Shown: one piece after another, positions 39,790 to 49,579 of the stretch
Layout of the letters: every line of letters starts with the position of its first letter
Position numbering within the stretch: the stretch's first letter is position 1
NCBI GenBank assembly: GCA_965223905.1
Contig: CBDCXV010000009.1
Location: 832,001-896,000, forward strand
Source of the DNA: Candidatus Latescibacterota bacterium
GTDB lineage: Bacteria; Latescibacterota; UBA2968; UBA8231
DNA length: 64,000 nucleotides
Direction: 5' to 3'
Translations under genes and position numbers: made by a program
Notes under the pieces: model-generated
What the model was told of the DNA's origin: nothing
The model's input: only the letters and a program-made list of their open reading frames with translations
The model's database searches: none

Positions 39790-40582
39790 GGTGACCGCGC
39801 GGCTGCCGGAGGCTTACCGGTGGCCGCTGGTTCCTGAGCTGGAGAGACCGGATGCGTGGGGATCTCCCGCAGGCGATCCGTCTGACCGCGTCAGGGGCGC
39901 TGGCGGAACGGCTAGGCAAGGCGGCTGCGCAAAGACGAGTTGATGGTGACCGGTCTTGGCGCGGGGATCACGTCGCGGTGCGGCAGCTTGTCGAGGGATT
40001 TCGGCCGTTACCTGTACCTTCCTCGCCTTCACGGCCCGGAGATCCTCATGGGCGCCGTCCAAGACGGCGTCGCCTTACTGACCTGGGAGTCGGATTCATT
40101 CGCCCTGGCCGAGAGCCACGACGAGGCCGTTGGACGCTACCGCGGTTTGCAGGCGGGACAGACGGCCGCAGTCTCCCCCGAAAGTCCGGCCCTGCTGGTC
40201 AAACCGGACGTCGCCCGCCGGCAGCTGGACGCGGAGGTGCCGGCGGCGCCGGCGCCGGCTCCCGGAGGTCAGGAGGAACAACCTGGTCCGGACGGGACTG
40301 AGCCGCCGCCACCGCCGCAACCCGCCACCGCCGCAACCTGGGAAGAAGGCGCGGCGGTTTCATGGCGCGGTTGCGCTCGACGGCGCACGGGTGGGACGGG
40401 ACGCCGTCCAGATCGCCGCGAGGTGATCTCCCACCTCTCCAGCCTCGCGGCGCGGAGGTAAGGGTCACCCTGGAGATCGACGCCGAGATCCCAGAGGGGG
40501 GCCCCCGGAGAACGTGGTGAGAACGGTCACCGAAAACAGCCGCACCCCGAGGTTCGCCAGCCACAGGTTCAAGGAGTCCTGA
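39790..40582 (+). pseudogene. DUF499 ATPase C-terminal remnant
   Basis: DFGRYLYLPRL, LLTWESDSFALAE, RRFHGAVALD..RVGRDA, VTLEIDAEIPEG..VRTVTENSR, multiple frameshifts. Confidence 0.75.
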
Positions 40583-40636
40583 TACCGGGCCGAGGGAGCG
40601 ACAGGGCTGGTCGCCACGACGCTCAAGCTCAAGGTT

Positions 40637-41497
40637 TTACCAAGGACGAAGCATCTCGCCTCTATGATGAATGGGGGGCGGAGCATTGTGATGACCACAC
40701 TGTCGACATAGGTATCGTTTTTCTGACTCCTCCTGAGACCTTTCCTTCCTCAGGAGGTCCTCGTCGGTGTGGCTGTCAATCGCCTCGCGGAGCAATCGCA
40801 GCAGGTCCGGTTTCGGTAGTGCCTCCGCCTCTACCGTGGTCTGCGTTGTTGGATTTGCTGGAAGGAAAGAATCCACTTGCTTAGAGGTGACGGCAATCCG
40901 TTTCACCTCTACATCACTTATTCCTCGAGCGGCAAATTCTTTGGCAACGGAATTGGGAGAGTTCCGCCTTGTCAGGACAAAATCGCCGACGTAAAGAAGA
41001 ATCCACGGTTTGCTGTCAAGGCCAAGGGACGCAGCGTTTCGAAGGGCCTCGTTTACGGACCAGGGCACCGAGAGACGGCTCGCATTCGATACCTCCCACA
41101 GTTCCAAGCGGTTTTCCAAGCAAAAGGTCTCGATGATTCCGGCCAGAGGTCGCGATTCGACCCACACCTGCAAATGCTCGGGCTGCGTGGAACGCAGATT
41201 GCGCCGGTAGTTCTCGGCGTTGAGGTAGTCATGTGCCTCGTTCCAGCCCAACGTCTGTCGGAATCGCGGACCGTCCACGACGGCGTCGTACCCAATTTGC
41301 CCATCTCGTTGCAGCTGTATCAGGTAGCGCTCAAGGTTCTGGTACTCGAAGGAGGTGTTTTCAAAATCCAGTTCGGGCCTCGACACCAGGGCGTAATGCA
41401 CTTGACGAACCGTCATCGGTCCGTGCTCGGCCATCAGGTGCTCGATGGCAACGCGAACCTCCTCGATCTCGGTAGGGGTGCGCCGTTTTCGTGGCAT
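40637..41497 (-). CDS. TopoVI-A/Spo11-like TOPRIM protein, possibly degenerate
   Basis: MTVRQVHYALVS, QVWVES..LAGII, LYVGDF, RIAVT, EAEALP. Confidence 0.65.
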   Translation of the reverse strand: MPRKRRTPTEIEEVRVAIEHLMAEHGPMTVRQVHYALVSRPELDFENTSFEYQNLERYLIQLQRDGQIGYDAVVDGPRFRQTLGWNEAHDYLNAENYRRNLRSTQPEHLQVWVESRPLAGIIETFCLENRLELWEVSNASRLSVPWSVNEALRNAASLGLDSKPWILLYVGDFVLTRRNSPNSVAKEFAARGISDVEVKRIAVTSKQVDSFLPANPTTQTTVEAEALPKPDLLRLLREAIDSHTDEDLLRKERSQEESEKRYLCRQCGHHNAPPPIHHRGEMLRPW

Positions 41498-41672
41498 CAG
41501 AAACTCCGTGAGAAGGCGTGGAAGAATCAGCCCGGGGAGCCGGCGTTTCCGCCAGCTCGCGGTGGGGATGGCACGGTGCTCTCTTTACCCCCCCCTTGGG
41601 AATTGTCGTAGCCTGACAGACGTCGAGTTGGAAACCGCCGTCCGCCCCGAAGCTCAGGCGATCCGCAGGTTT

Positions 41673-44060
41673 CTACTCCGCCTTTCCCAGGCGATATCCG
41701 ACGCGAGACTCGTTGAAGAGATAGGCCGGTTTTTTCGCGTTGTCGCCCAGCTTGCGTCGGATGCTATTTACGGTCGAGCGCAACGACCGCAGGTCGGAGG
41801 AGGACTCCAAGCCCCAAATCCGGTGCAGCAGCACCTCGTAGGTCACTGGCGTGCCGAGATGGACCGAAAGTTCCACCAGGAGTCGGTACTCGATGTTGGC
41901 CAACCGCACCCGCCGTCCGGCCAGGGTCACCCGTCGTTTCCCGTAGTCGATGGTCAGATCTCCCAGCACACACGGTTCGGTCGGCTCGGCCTGACCGGGT
42001 GCGGCCCGACGGCGCAGGGCCGCCCTAATCCTGGCGGCCAATTCCGTCGGCGAGAACGGTTTGAGCACATAGTCGGTGGCCCCCCGGTCGAAGGCCCGGG
42101 CAATCACCTCTTCCTGTCCGTAGGCGGAAAGGAAGAGGACCGGCACGGTGGCCTTCTCGAAGATCTCCTGCATCAGGTCAATGCCGTCGACCCCCGGCAG
42201 CACGAGGTCGAGCAGCACGAGGTGGGGAAGGTGCTCCTCCATGAGGCGAGGCACCTCCTCCGGGTCGCCGGTTACGATCGCGGCGAAACCGGCTTTCGAG
42301 AGGGCGTCCCGAACCTTCCGCAGGGTTTCCGGGTCGTCGTCCACGGCCAGGATGCGGGTCTTCTTGCCGCTTGGTCGGCGTCGGGGGGAGGTGGGAACGG
42401 ATTCGGCCAAAGCGACCGTTGTTCCCTCCTCGAACGTAGGGAGGGTGAAGGTGAAGCGGGTTCCGCGGCCTGTGCCGTCGCTTTCGGCCCAGATGCGCCC
42501 CCCGTGGGCCTCCACGATGCCCTTGCAGATGGCCAGTCCCAAGCCCGTCCCCCCTTCGCCTTTCTCCGGATCTTCTCCGGCGAGGCGGGGGAACTTCCGG
42601 AACAGGTGGGGCAGTTGCTCGGCCGACACGCCCCGGCCCCGGTCGGTAACGGAGATCGCCACGTGGGTCTCCTCCCGTACCGCCGATACCAGGATGGGTG
42701 CGGTTTCCGGCGAGTGCCGGGCGGCGTTGGACAGCAGGTTGCCCAGGACTTGGACGATGCGCAGCCGGTCGGCCATCACGGAGGGAAGCTCCGGGGGCAA
42801 CTCGATCCGCATGTTGCCTGCCCCCCCGCTGTTCAGGAAGGTGCTGCGGGCCTGGTCCACCAGGCCGGCCACCGAGGTCGGTTCGGGATGGACCAGCAGG
42901 GTGCCCGTCTCGACGCGCGCCACGTCGAGCAGATCGTTTATCAGGCCGCTCATGTGGTCGGCCTGTTGATTGATGATGCGGAAGAACTGAAGGACCATCT
43001 CGGCGGCGCCCAGCACGGACGTGTCGCCCAGCACGGTGGCAGCGGCCCCCTTGATGGAGGTCAGCGGGGCGCGCAGCTCGTGACTGACCATGGCGAGAAA
43101 ATCGGCCCGCAGCCGCTCCAGCTCCTGCACCGGGGTCATGTCCTGCAGGGTGACCACGACGGACTCGACCTCGCCCTCTTCGGAGCGGATGGGAGTGGCG
43201 TTGACCAGGGTCGTGACGCTGCGGCCGTCGGGCACCTGGAGGACGATCTCCTCGACGCGCACCGTCTCCCCGGCGCTAAGCACTTGGGCCAGGGTACCCT
43301 CGTCCAGGGAGACTTCCCTCCCGTCGCCGCGCCGTAAGGTCATGACCTTGATGAGCTCCTCTACCGACTGGTCCGGCTTGCCCAGTCCGTCGACCATCCG
43401 TCTCGCCTCCCGGTTGAACAGGACCGGCACTCCCGTCCTGGCGTCCAGGACCACCACACCCACCGGGGAGGTGTTGATCAGGGTCTCCAGGTCGGTTCGG
43501 GCCCGCTGTTCGTCCCGGTATCGGCGCGCGTTGGCCATGACCATGGCCGCATGCGAGGCGAACAGGATCAGGGTCTCCTCGTCTTCCCGCGTGAACTCCT
43601 CGCCGGTTTCCTTCTCAGCCAGGTAGATATTCCCGGCTTGCTCGCCCCGATACAGGACCGGGGCCGCAAGAAAGGAGAAGGTCGGGCCCATCTCAACGGG
43701 GGGGCGGAACTCGGGAAGGCCCATCGACCGGATATGGCCGAGCAGGTCGGCAAGCCTCAGGGGTTCCTCAAGGCGGCCGAGGTACTCGAAGAAGAGCGGC
43801 CCGTCGGGCAGGTCCCAGAGCTGACGGGCCTCCTCGGCCGTCATCCCGGAAGAGAGGAAGTCCTGGGGACGACCTGCCTCGTCGTGAAGCGTCATCACCC
43901 CGTAGCGGGCTTCCGTCAGCGACCGGGCCGAATCAAGGATCCCGTTCAACACCGTGTTGAAGTCGAGGCTCTGGTTGATGCGCATGCAGGCCTGGCTCAG
44001 GCGCGACATGCGCTCCCGCAGCGTCTCGTTCTCTCGTTGGAGTTCCTCGGCCGGCTTCAT
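41673..44060 (-). CDS. Hybrid sensor kinase/response regulator (GAF-PAS-HisKA-HATPase-REC-wHTH)
   Basis: SHELRAPL, NLLSNA, GTGLGLAIC, VDDD, LLDL, DYVLKPF, RVGYRL. Confidence 0.92.
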   Translation of the reverse strand: MKPAEELQRENETLRERMSRLSQACMRINQSLDFNTVLNGILDSARSLTEARYGVMTLHDEAGRPQDFLSSGMTAEEARQLWDLPDGPLFFEYLGRLEEPLRLADLLGHIRSMGLPEFRPPVEMGPTFSFLAAPVLYRGEQAGNIYLAEKETGEEFTREDEETLILFASHAAMVMANARRYRDEQRARTDLETLINTSPVGVVVLDARTGVPVLFNREARRMVDGLGKPDQSVEELIKVMTLRRGDGREVSLDEGTLAQVLSAGETVRVEEIVLQVPDGRSVTTLVNATPIRSEEGEVESVVVTLQDMTPVQELERLRADFLAMVSHELRAPLTSIKGAAATVLGDTSVLGAAEMVLQFFRIINQQADHMSGLINDLLDVARVETGTLLVHPEPTSVAGLVDQARSTFLNSGGAGNMRIELPPELPSVMADRLRIVQVLGNLLSNAARHSPETAPILVSAVREETHVAISVTDRGRGVSAEQLPHLFRKFPRLAGEDPEKGEGGTGLGLAICKGIVEAHGGRIWAESDGTGRGTRFTFTLPTFEEGTTVALAESVPTSPRRRPSGKKTRILAVDDDPETLRKVRDALSKAGFAAIVTGDPEEVPRLMEEHLPHLVLLDLVLPGVDGIDLMQEIFEKATVPVLFLSAYGQEEVIARAFDRGATDYVLKPFSPTELAARIRAALRRRAAPGQAEPTEPCVLGDLTIDYGKRRVTLAGRRVRLANIEYRLLVELSVHLGTPVTYEVLLHRIWGLESSSDLRSLRSTVNSIRRKLGDNAKKPAYLFNESRVGYRLGKAE

Positions 44061-44373
44061 CTCCCTCTCCTGATTGGGCGGCCTCTGCCCAATAAAAGCA
44101 CCCTCCTTCCCAAATTTAATAAAAAGACCATTATTCAGACTCCCAATTTCATCTTTTTTTGATCTTCAAGTAATAAATTTATTCGGGGGAAACTTGGGGG
44201 AGTGGATTCCGAGGTCAAGGAACCCCCGTGGGGGAACCTTGAGCCAGGCTACCGCGGGGTTCGGACGGGTCGAGGACGCGCGACGACCACCGCGCCTACG
44301 GTGCGACGGGTGGATGCTAGGCGGCGCACAGGGTGAAGGAACTCGGCTGGCGAACACATGACGGAGAGACAGG

Positions 44374-46155
44374 ATGAGAATCAGAGACCTCATGTTCGTG
44401 TTGAGTAGTGTCGCGGTGACGGCCGCTTGCGCAGGACTGCGGGAGAACGCAACGCCCGAGCGAAGCGCCGCAACCGAGACGGTGTACATGAATGGCCGAA
44501 TCCATACCCAGGACCAGGATCTGCCCTGGGCCGAGTCGCTAGTCACCAGAGGCGACCGAATCGTCCTCGTGGGCTCTGACGAGGACGCCCTGCGGTATGC
44601 CGGTCCGGACGCCAAGCTGGTAGACCTGCAGGGCCGATTCGTGATGCCGGGGATAATCGACGCACACACCCACACCGGCTTGATCAGCACTGGGGCCGAC
44701 CTGTCCGGGCTGGATGAAACCGTTGGAGAGAACGAAGAGCCTGCCACACCCGACAGGATGCCATCCAGGCCGCGGGAGGCAACGCTCGCCTGGTTGCAGC
44801 AGTACGCAGACGATCACCCGTTTTTTCCTCTCGTGATCTCACAGGGGGTATGGGATGTTGCCGCCTACGTGCCTGACGGCCCCCACAAAAGAGACCTGGA
44901 TGAGATTGCCAGCATAAGACCCATTGTGTTGTTCGACAATTCGGGACACAGCGTCTGGGTTAATTCCGCGATGCTACGGACACTGGGCATCGACAGAGAT
45001 ACGCCGGACCTCAGCGAGAACCTGTCGTATATCGTGCGCGACGAGGCCGGAGAGCCCACAGGCTGGCTCAAGGAGTTTGTCCTAACCCACCACACGGGTG
45101 GCAAGTCGGTGCCGAGTCCCGATAAATTGAAGGAACGAATGCTGAAGTATCTGAACTACATGTCAAGCAAGGGCATCACGACCTTGTGGGACGCCGGCAG
45201 CTTCAACATGGAGGACGCGGTGTACCAGGCTGCGCATGACATCGCAATAGAAGGCAATCTGCCGTTGCGTTGGGAGGGGTCGCACCACATCTGGGCGCCG
45301 GGTCAGATCGAAACTGCGGTGGAATCCCTGCTCCGGCTCAGGGAAAGGTATGGCCATGGAAAACTCCAGTTCAACACCATCAAGATTCACTACGACGGCA
45401 TGCTGGATATTCTTACCGCGGCTGTGCTGGAGCCCTACGTTACAGACCCTGACAACTACGGCGGCGTCTTGTTCACGCCTCAGAGGTTGAGCAGCTTCAT
45501 CCAGGAATTGGACGGCCACGACATTGATCTGCACCTGCATGCGTCGGGTGACCGTGCAACCAGGAATATTCTCGACGCAGTCGAGCAAGCACAGGGCGCG
45601 CTGGGTCGGCCTTTGAAAATCGAGGTCACGATAAGTCACCTGTTCTTGGTTGCCGACAGGGATGTCAAACGCTTTGCCGAGTTGAACGTACACGCCAATT
45701 TCTCGCCGCACTGGTTCGGCGGAACAGTGTACGGGAAAGCCAGAGAGATCAACGTCGGCCCGGAACGGGCCAGCCGCTCTCAGGTTGTTGGTCACTTTGT
45801 GCAGCAGCAGGCCAATGTCACGCTGTCCAGCGACGTTGTTCATAACCCGCGGCGAGTAAATCCCTTTCTTGGTATGGAATTGAGCATTACCCGACGGGCA
45901 GCAGACAAGCCCGATGCCGTCACCCTACCGCCGCTTGACGCCAGAATTTCATTGGAGCAGGCGCTGGCCGGCTATACCATCAACGGCGCTGCGCAGCTCG
46001 GATTGGAAGAAGAAATCGGCGCCCTAAAGGCCGGCTTGCTGGCGGACTTCATCGTCCTGCCACAAAATCCGTTCGCAACCGACGTGGAGACCATCCACGC
46101 CATCGAGCCCAGCGCCACAATTGTGGCCGGTGAGCTGCGAAGCGGTAGCCTGTAA
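44374..46155 (+). CDS. Amidohydrolase-3 (YtcJ-like), probable lipoprotein
   Basis: TAAC lipobox; PGIIDAHTH, HSVWVNS, HASGDRA, SSD, YTINGA, G.LADF. Confidence 0.9.
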   Translation: MRIRDLMFVLSSVAVTAACAGLRENATPERSAATETVYMNGRIHTQDQDLPWAESLVTRGDRIVLVGSDEDALRYAGPDAKLVDLQGRFVMPGIIDAHTHTGLISTGADLSGLDETVGENEEPATPDRMPSRPREATLAWLQQYADDHPFFPLVISQGVWDVAAYVPDGPHKRDLDEIASIRPIVLFDNSGHSVWVNSAMLRTLGIDRDTPDLSENLSYIVRDEAGEPTGWLKEFVLTHHTGGKSVPSPDKLKERMLKYLNYMSSKGITTLWDAGSFNMEDAVYQAAHDIAIEGNLPLRWEGSHHIWAPGQIETAVESLLRLRERYGHGKLQFNTIKIHYDGMLDILTAAVLEPYVTDPDNYGGVLFTPQRLSSFIQELDGHDIDLHLHASGDRATRNILDAVEQAQGALGRPLKIEVTISHLFLVADRDVKRFAELNVHANFSPHWFGGTVYGKAREINVGPERASRSQVVGHFVQQQANVTLSSDVVHNPRRVNPFLGMELSITRRAADKPDAVTLPPLDARISLEQALAGYTINGAAQLGLEEEIGALKAGLLADFIVLPQNPFATDVETIHAIEPSATIVAGELRSGSL

Positions 46156-46209
46156 GCGGCTGACCAGGGGACGACCGGACTTGTTGCTGTGTTGCTGTAT
46201 AAGGAAATC

Positions 46210-49200
46210 ATGATTTTCAGATTGCTGTCATCCGCTTTTCTTGTTGCTGCCCTGATGGGGGTGGGTTTGACTCCCCTGCCGAGCACAGCGCAGTCAGAGG
46301 ACGACTTATATGAGGTCGCGGTCAGCAACATAGACCGAGGACATAACAGTATAGAACGTCGGGACGTACCTATTGCCCAAGTATTTACTACTGGCAGTAG
46401 AGATGGAGGTTATCGCATTTCCAGTGTCGATATCCGATACAATGATCTTCAGGGTGACGAGTTCTCTGCTGCTATTCATGCAGTATCTGGCGGCTGGCCT
46501 ACAGATGAAGTGGTTCTTGAGCTGGAGACGGAGTATGATTTTTCTTCTACAGGAATTGTTACCTTCACTCCTGCTGAAAGTCCTGGGGACTTTTTGGATG
46601 GGGAGACGAAGTATGCAGTGGTTGTTGAAGGGATAGATTCTGATAGTGAGATAGATTATCTTACAACGCGGCGTGGAAAAAGACTTGATTGTCGAGTCCC
46701 TCCATGCGCTTTGGTAGAATCTATTTTGTGTCCACCGCGTCCACAAATATGCAATAACAATACACCAGATCCGTATGGATGGGCTGGCTGGAAGATCAAC
46801 CCTAAGCTATCTGTATGGAGGGCTGGGCAGAGTGAATGGGAGATCAGTGGTGTGGGTGAAACCGACTATTATAATAATAATATCGCTCTCTCGATCAGAA
46901 TCAATTCTCCGAGGGTTACGGAGCCTCCGAGGAATCTCAATGCGATCAGCACGTCCAGAGGAGTGATTTTAAGTTGGGATTCTCCTGAGCCATCCGGCGT
47001 GTCACCCATAACAAGATATCGTCACCGTTCACAGGTAGCTGATGGGTCTGCTGAATGGAGCGACTGGAAAGAAGAGGGTAAGAGGACCAGGTCTGCTACC
47101 ATTAATAGCTCTACCAATAACAGGTATGCTATTACTAAGGGCGTGGAGTATGAGTTCCAGATGCAGGCAGGAAACTTAGGAGGATGGAGTGAAAGTTCGT
47201 CTTCTGTCTTCGCTACTTGGATAGACGGTCCACCAGCCCCCGATCTTTCGTGGACGAACGAATACATCAAGGGAAGTATCGATGTGATGTGGGAGCCGTC
47301 TACTTCAGCCGCTCGGTATGATATTAAATGGAAGTGCCATCGGCTTGTTGACCTCAATGATGGTTGGGCTTCTTGTCCTGACAGAGATTCATCTGATGAG
47401 CAAGAGGCATGGGAGAATATCGGAGATGTGACCGAGTCCAAGGTAGGTGACTGGACTAAGTCAGGTAGTGGTACTAGTAGTAGTTATAGTCATTGGCTTA
47501 TCTCTGACGGTAGAGAATACCGAGTTACTGTAAGAGGAGTTGACTCGGAAGGCAACGCGGGATCTGAGAGTTCAGTAGATGTCACGGCCCGGCGTGCTCC
47601 TGGAAAACCCACTGAAGTAAGAGCTGAAGCGTATGAGAATCACATTAAGTTTGACTGGCTTAGTCCTTTTTACAAACCATTATCATCCTTACTCCGAGCA
47701 ATATCACGGCCATGTTGGTCTAGGAAAAGTGAGCCGGGATAAATTGGACTTTGAGTATCGGGTTGATGGTGGGGAGTGGCATAGCGTGAACGATTCATGG
47801 CAGCGTCTCATAATGGAGCCTCCGAGTAAGGATACAATCTACCTGAACAATCTGGAGAGCTCTCGGGATTATCGGATTGAAGTGCGGTCAGTATCTCTAG
47901 ATAATGGTCGTACAGGGAGTTCTGTGTCTGTAACTGAACAATCTGGTTTTTTCACGAGTGACTTTGGTCTTCGTCGCCAGGTTACTGAAGTCAAGCTGAA
48001 AACCTCGGATGTAGTCAAGAGGAGCTCTAATCCAGATCCAAATCATCCAGGCCATCACTGTTCTCTGTTGTCGGTTCGTGGGTGGGATTTTGACTGTTTT
48101 TGGATAGTAGGGAGTGGTCCTTATCGGATCTGGGAGGAGTTTGAGGATACAGAGTTTTTTCTACCAAGTAATATTGTATTTGTAGATGGTCATGTACAGA
48201 TTATACCAGCGAAATACAAAATCAAGCGTTATTGCTGCAAGGAAGGAACAGGAACAGGCCCTGAAGATCCTGTAGAACCCTATCCTCTCAAATCAGGAGA
48301 CATTATAGCGATGTCTCTGGCTGCCGAGTACCATCATCATGGCGAATGGGTAATCGCTCGATTGACGAACCGACTACCAAGTAGTGTCGTGAGGTTGGAA
48401 ACTCCAGGTATGTCTGGGTATCTTGAAGCCTTAGCTGACGGAACTAAGGTAGATCTGGTCTGGGTTACTACTTACCCGGCGTCAACCAGTTATGATATAG
48501 AGTGGTCTACAGATAGTGAGACTTGGCAATCTGTAGATCCTCTTGATGATGGTGGCGACACCATTTACAGTCATACTGGTCTGCAGGAATACACAGGCTA
48601 CTACTATCGAGTTCGTGGCGTAAATAGTCATGGTCCTGGACCGTGGTCTTCAATAGCTGTTACAGAGACTGGAGAGCATGTTCCGGAGCCTACGCCAGTG
48701 GAGGAGCCGGAGCCTGATGAGCCAGAACCTGAACCGGAGCCTGAACCTGAACCTGAACCAGAACCTGAACCGGAGCCTGTAGTACCAGAACCTATACTTC
48801 TGACTGCTAGCTTTGAAGAGGTCCCTGCTACTCATAATGGACATGGTAAGCATGTAACCTTTCGCCTTTCATTTAGCGAGCCGGTTAAAGCCAGCTATCG
48901 CACGCTAAGAGACATTGCCTTACAAGCAACTAATGGTAAGGTGAGAAAGTGCAAGAGGTTCAATGGGAGTAATCAGTTCTGGGATGTTACGGTCAAGGCT
49001 CTGTCCAATGATCCGGTAACAGTCACTCTTAACGGTGGCGTTGCTTGCGGTGAAACGGGTGCAGTCTGCACTGCCGATGAACGGTCCTTGTCCAATAGTC
49101 CAAGTGTGACCCTTGGATCACCTTCTCCCAAGGTTGTAGCAAAGCAGACAAGGCTGATGAATAATCATCCGAATCCGTTTAATAGCAGCACTCAGATTAG

Positions 49201-49420
49201 TTATGAACTGAATGCTGCTTCTCAGGTTCGCTTGACGATCTACAATATCGTCGGTCAAGTAGTGGCTACCTTGGTGGATGAACACCAACAGGCCGGAATC
49301 TATCAGGCGGTATGGGATGGCCGTAATGATCGAGGTAGCAGGGTGGTCAGCGGGGTATACCTGTATCGCTTGCAGGCAGAGGGCTTTGACGCAGTGGAGA
49401 GAACGACTCTTTTGCAATGA
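46210..49420 (+). CDS. Large secreted FN3-repeat protein with C-terminal FlgD-Ig domain (frameshift near 47670); low GC
   Basis: Signal peptide; FN3 motifs (LSWDSP, YEFQMQAGN, YYYRVRGVN); NHPNPFNSST; split over ORFs 46189-47742 and 47633-49420. Confidence 0.75.
48683..48793 (+). repeat. Glu-Pro linker repeat
   Basis: (GAA/GAG CCN)n encoding EPEPEP. Confidence 0.8.
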
Positions 49421-49579
49421 ATATCCCTGTATGGACTACATGAGGACTGGGATCCCGAGGACCTAAGCTCTCCTGATGTAGGGACATTGTATATTTTTGA
49501 AGGTTCAATTTTCCGCCAAATTACCTTGGCTTGGGTAACGAAAATCGGAACTCGAGTCCACCCTTACCGGCCTCCTTAC

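Noticed and set aside
36555-43337. Long antisense or alternative-frame ORFs (e.g. 36555-38399 -, 41445-43337 +; likewise 31234-33324 -)
   Set aside because: Shadows of real high-GC genes; no motifs, Arg/Pro/Gly-rich or mirror composition
47390-48730. Additional CTGATGAG words (47393, 48714) as hammerheads
   Set aside because: Inside coding sequence, with no stem I/II or GAAAC partner
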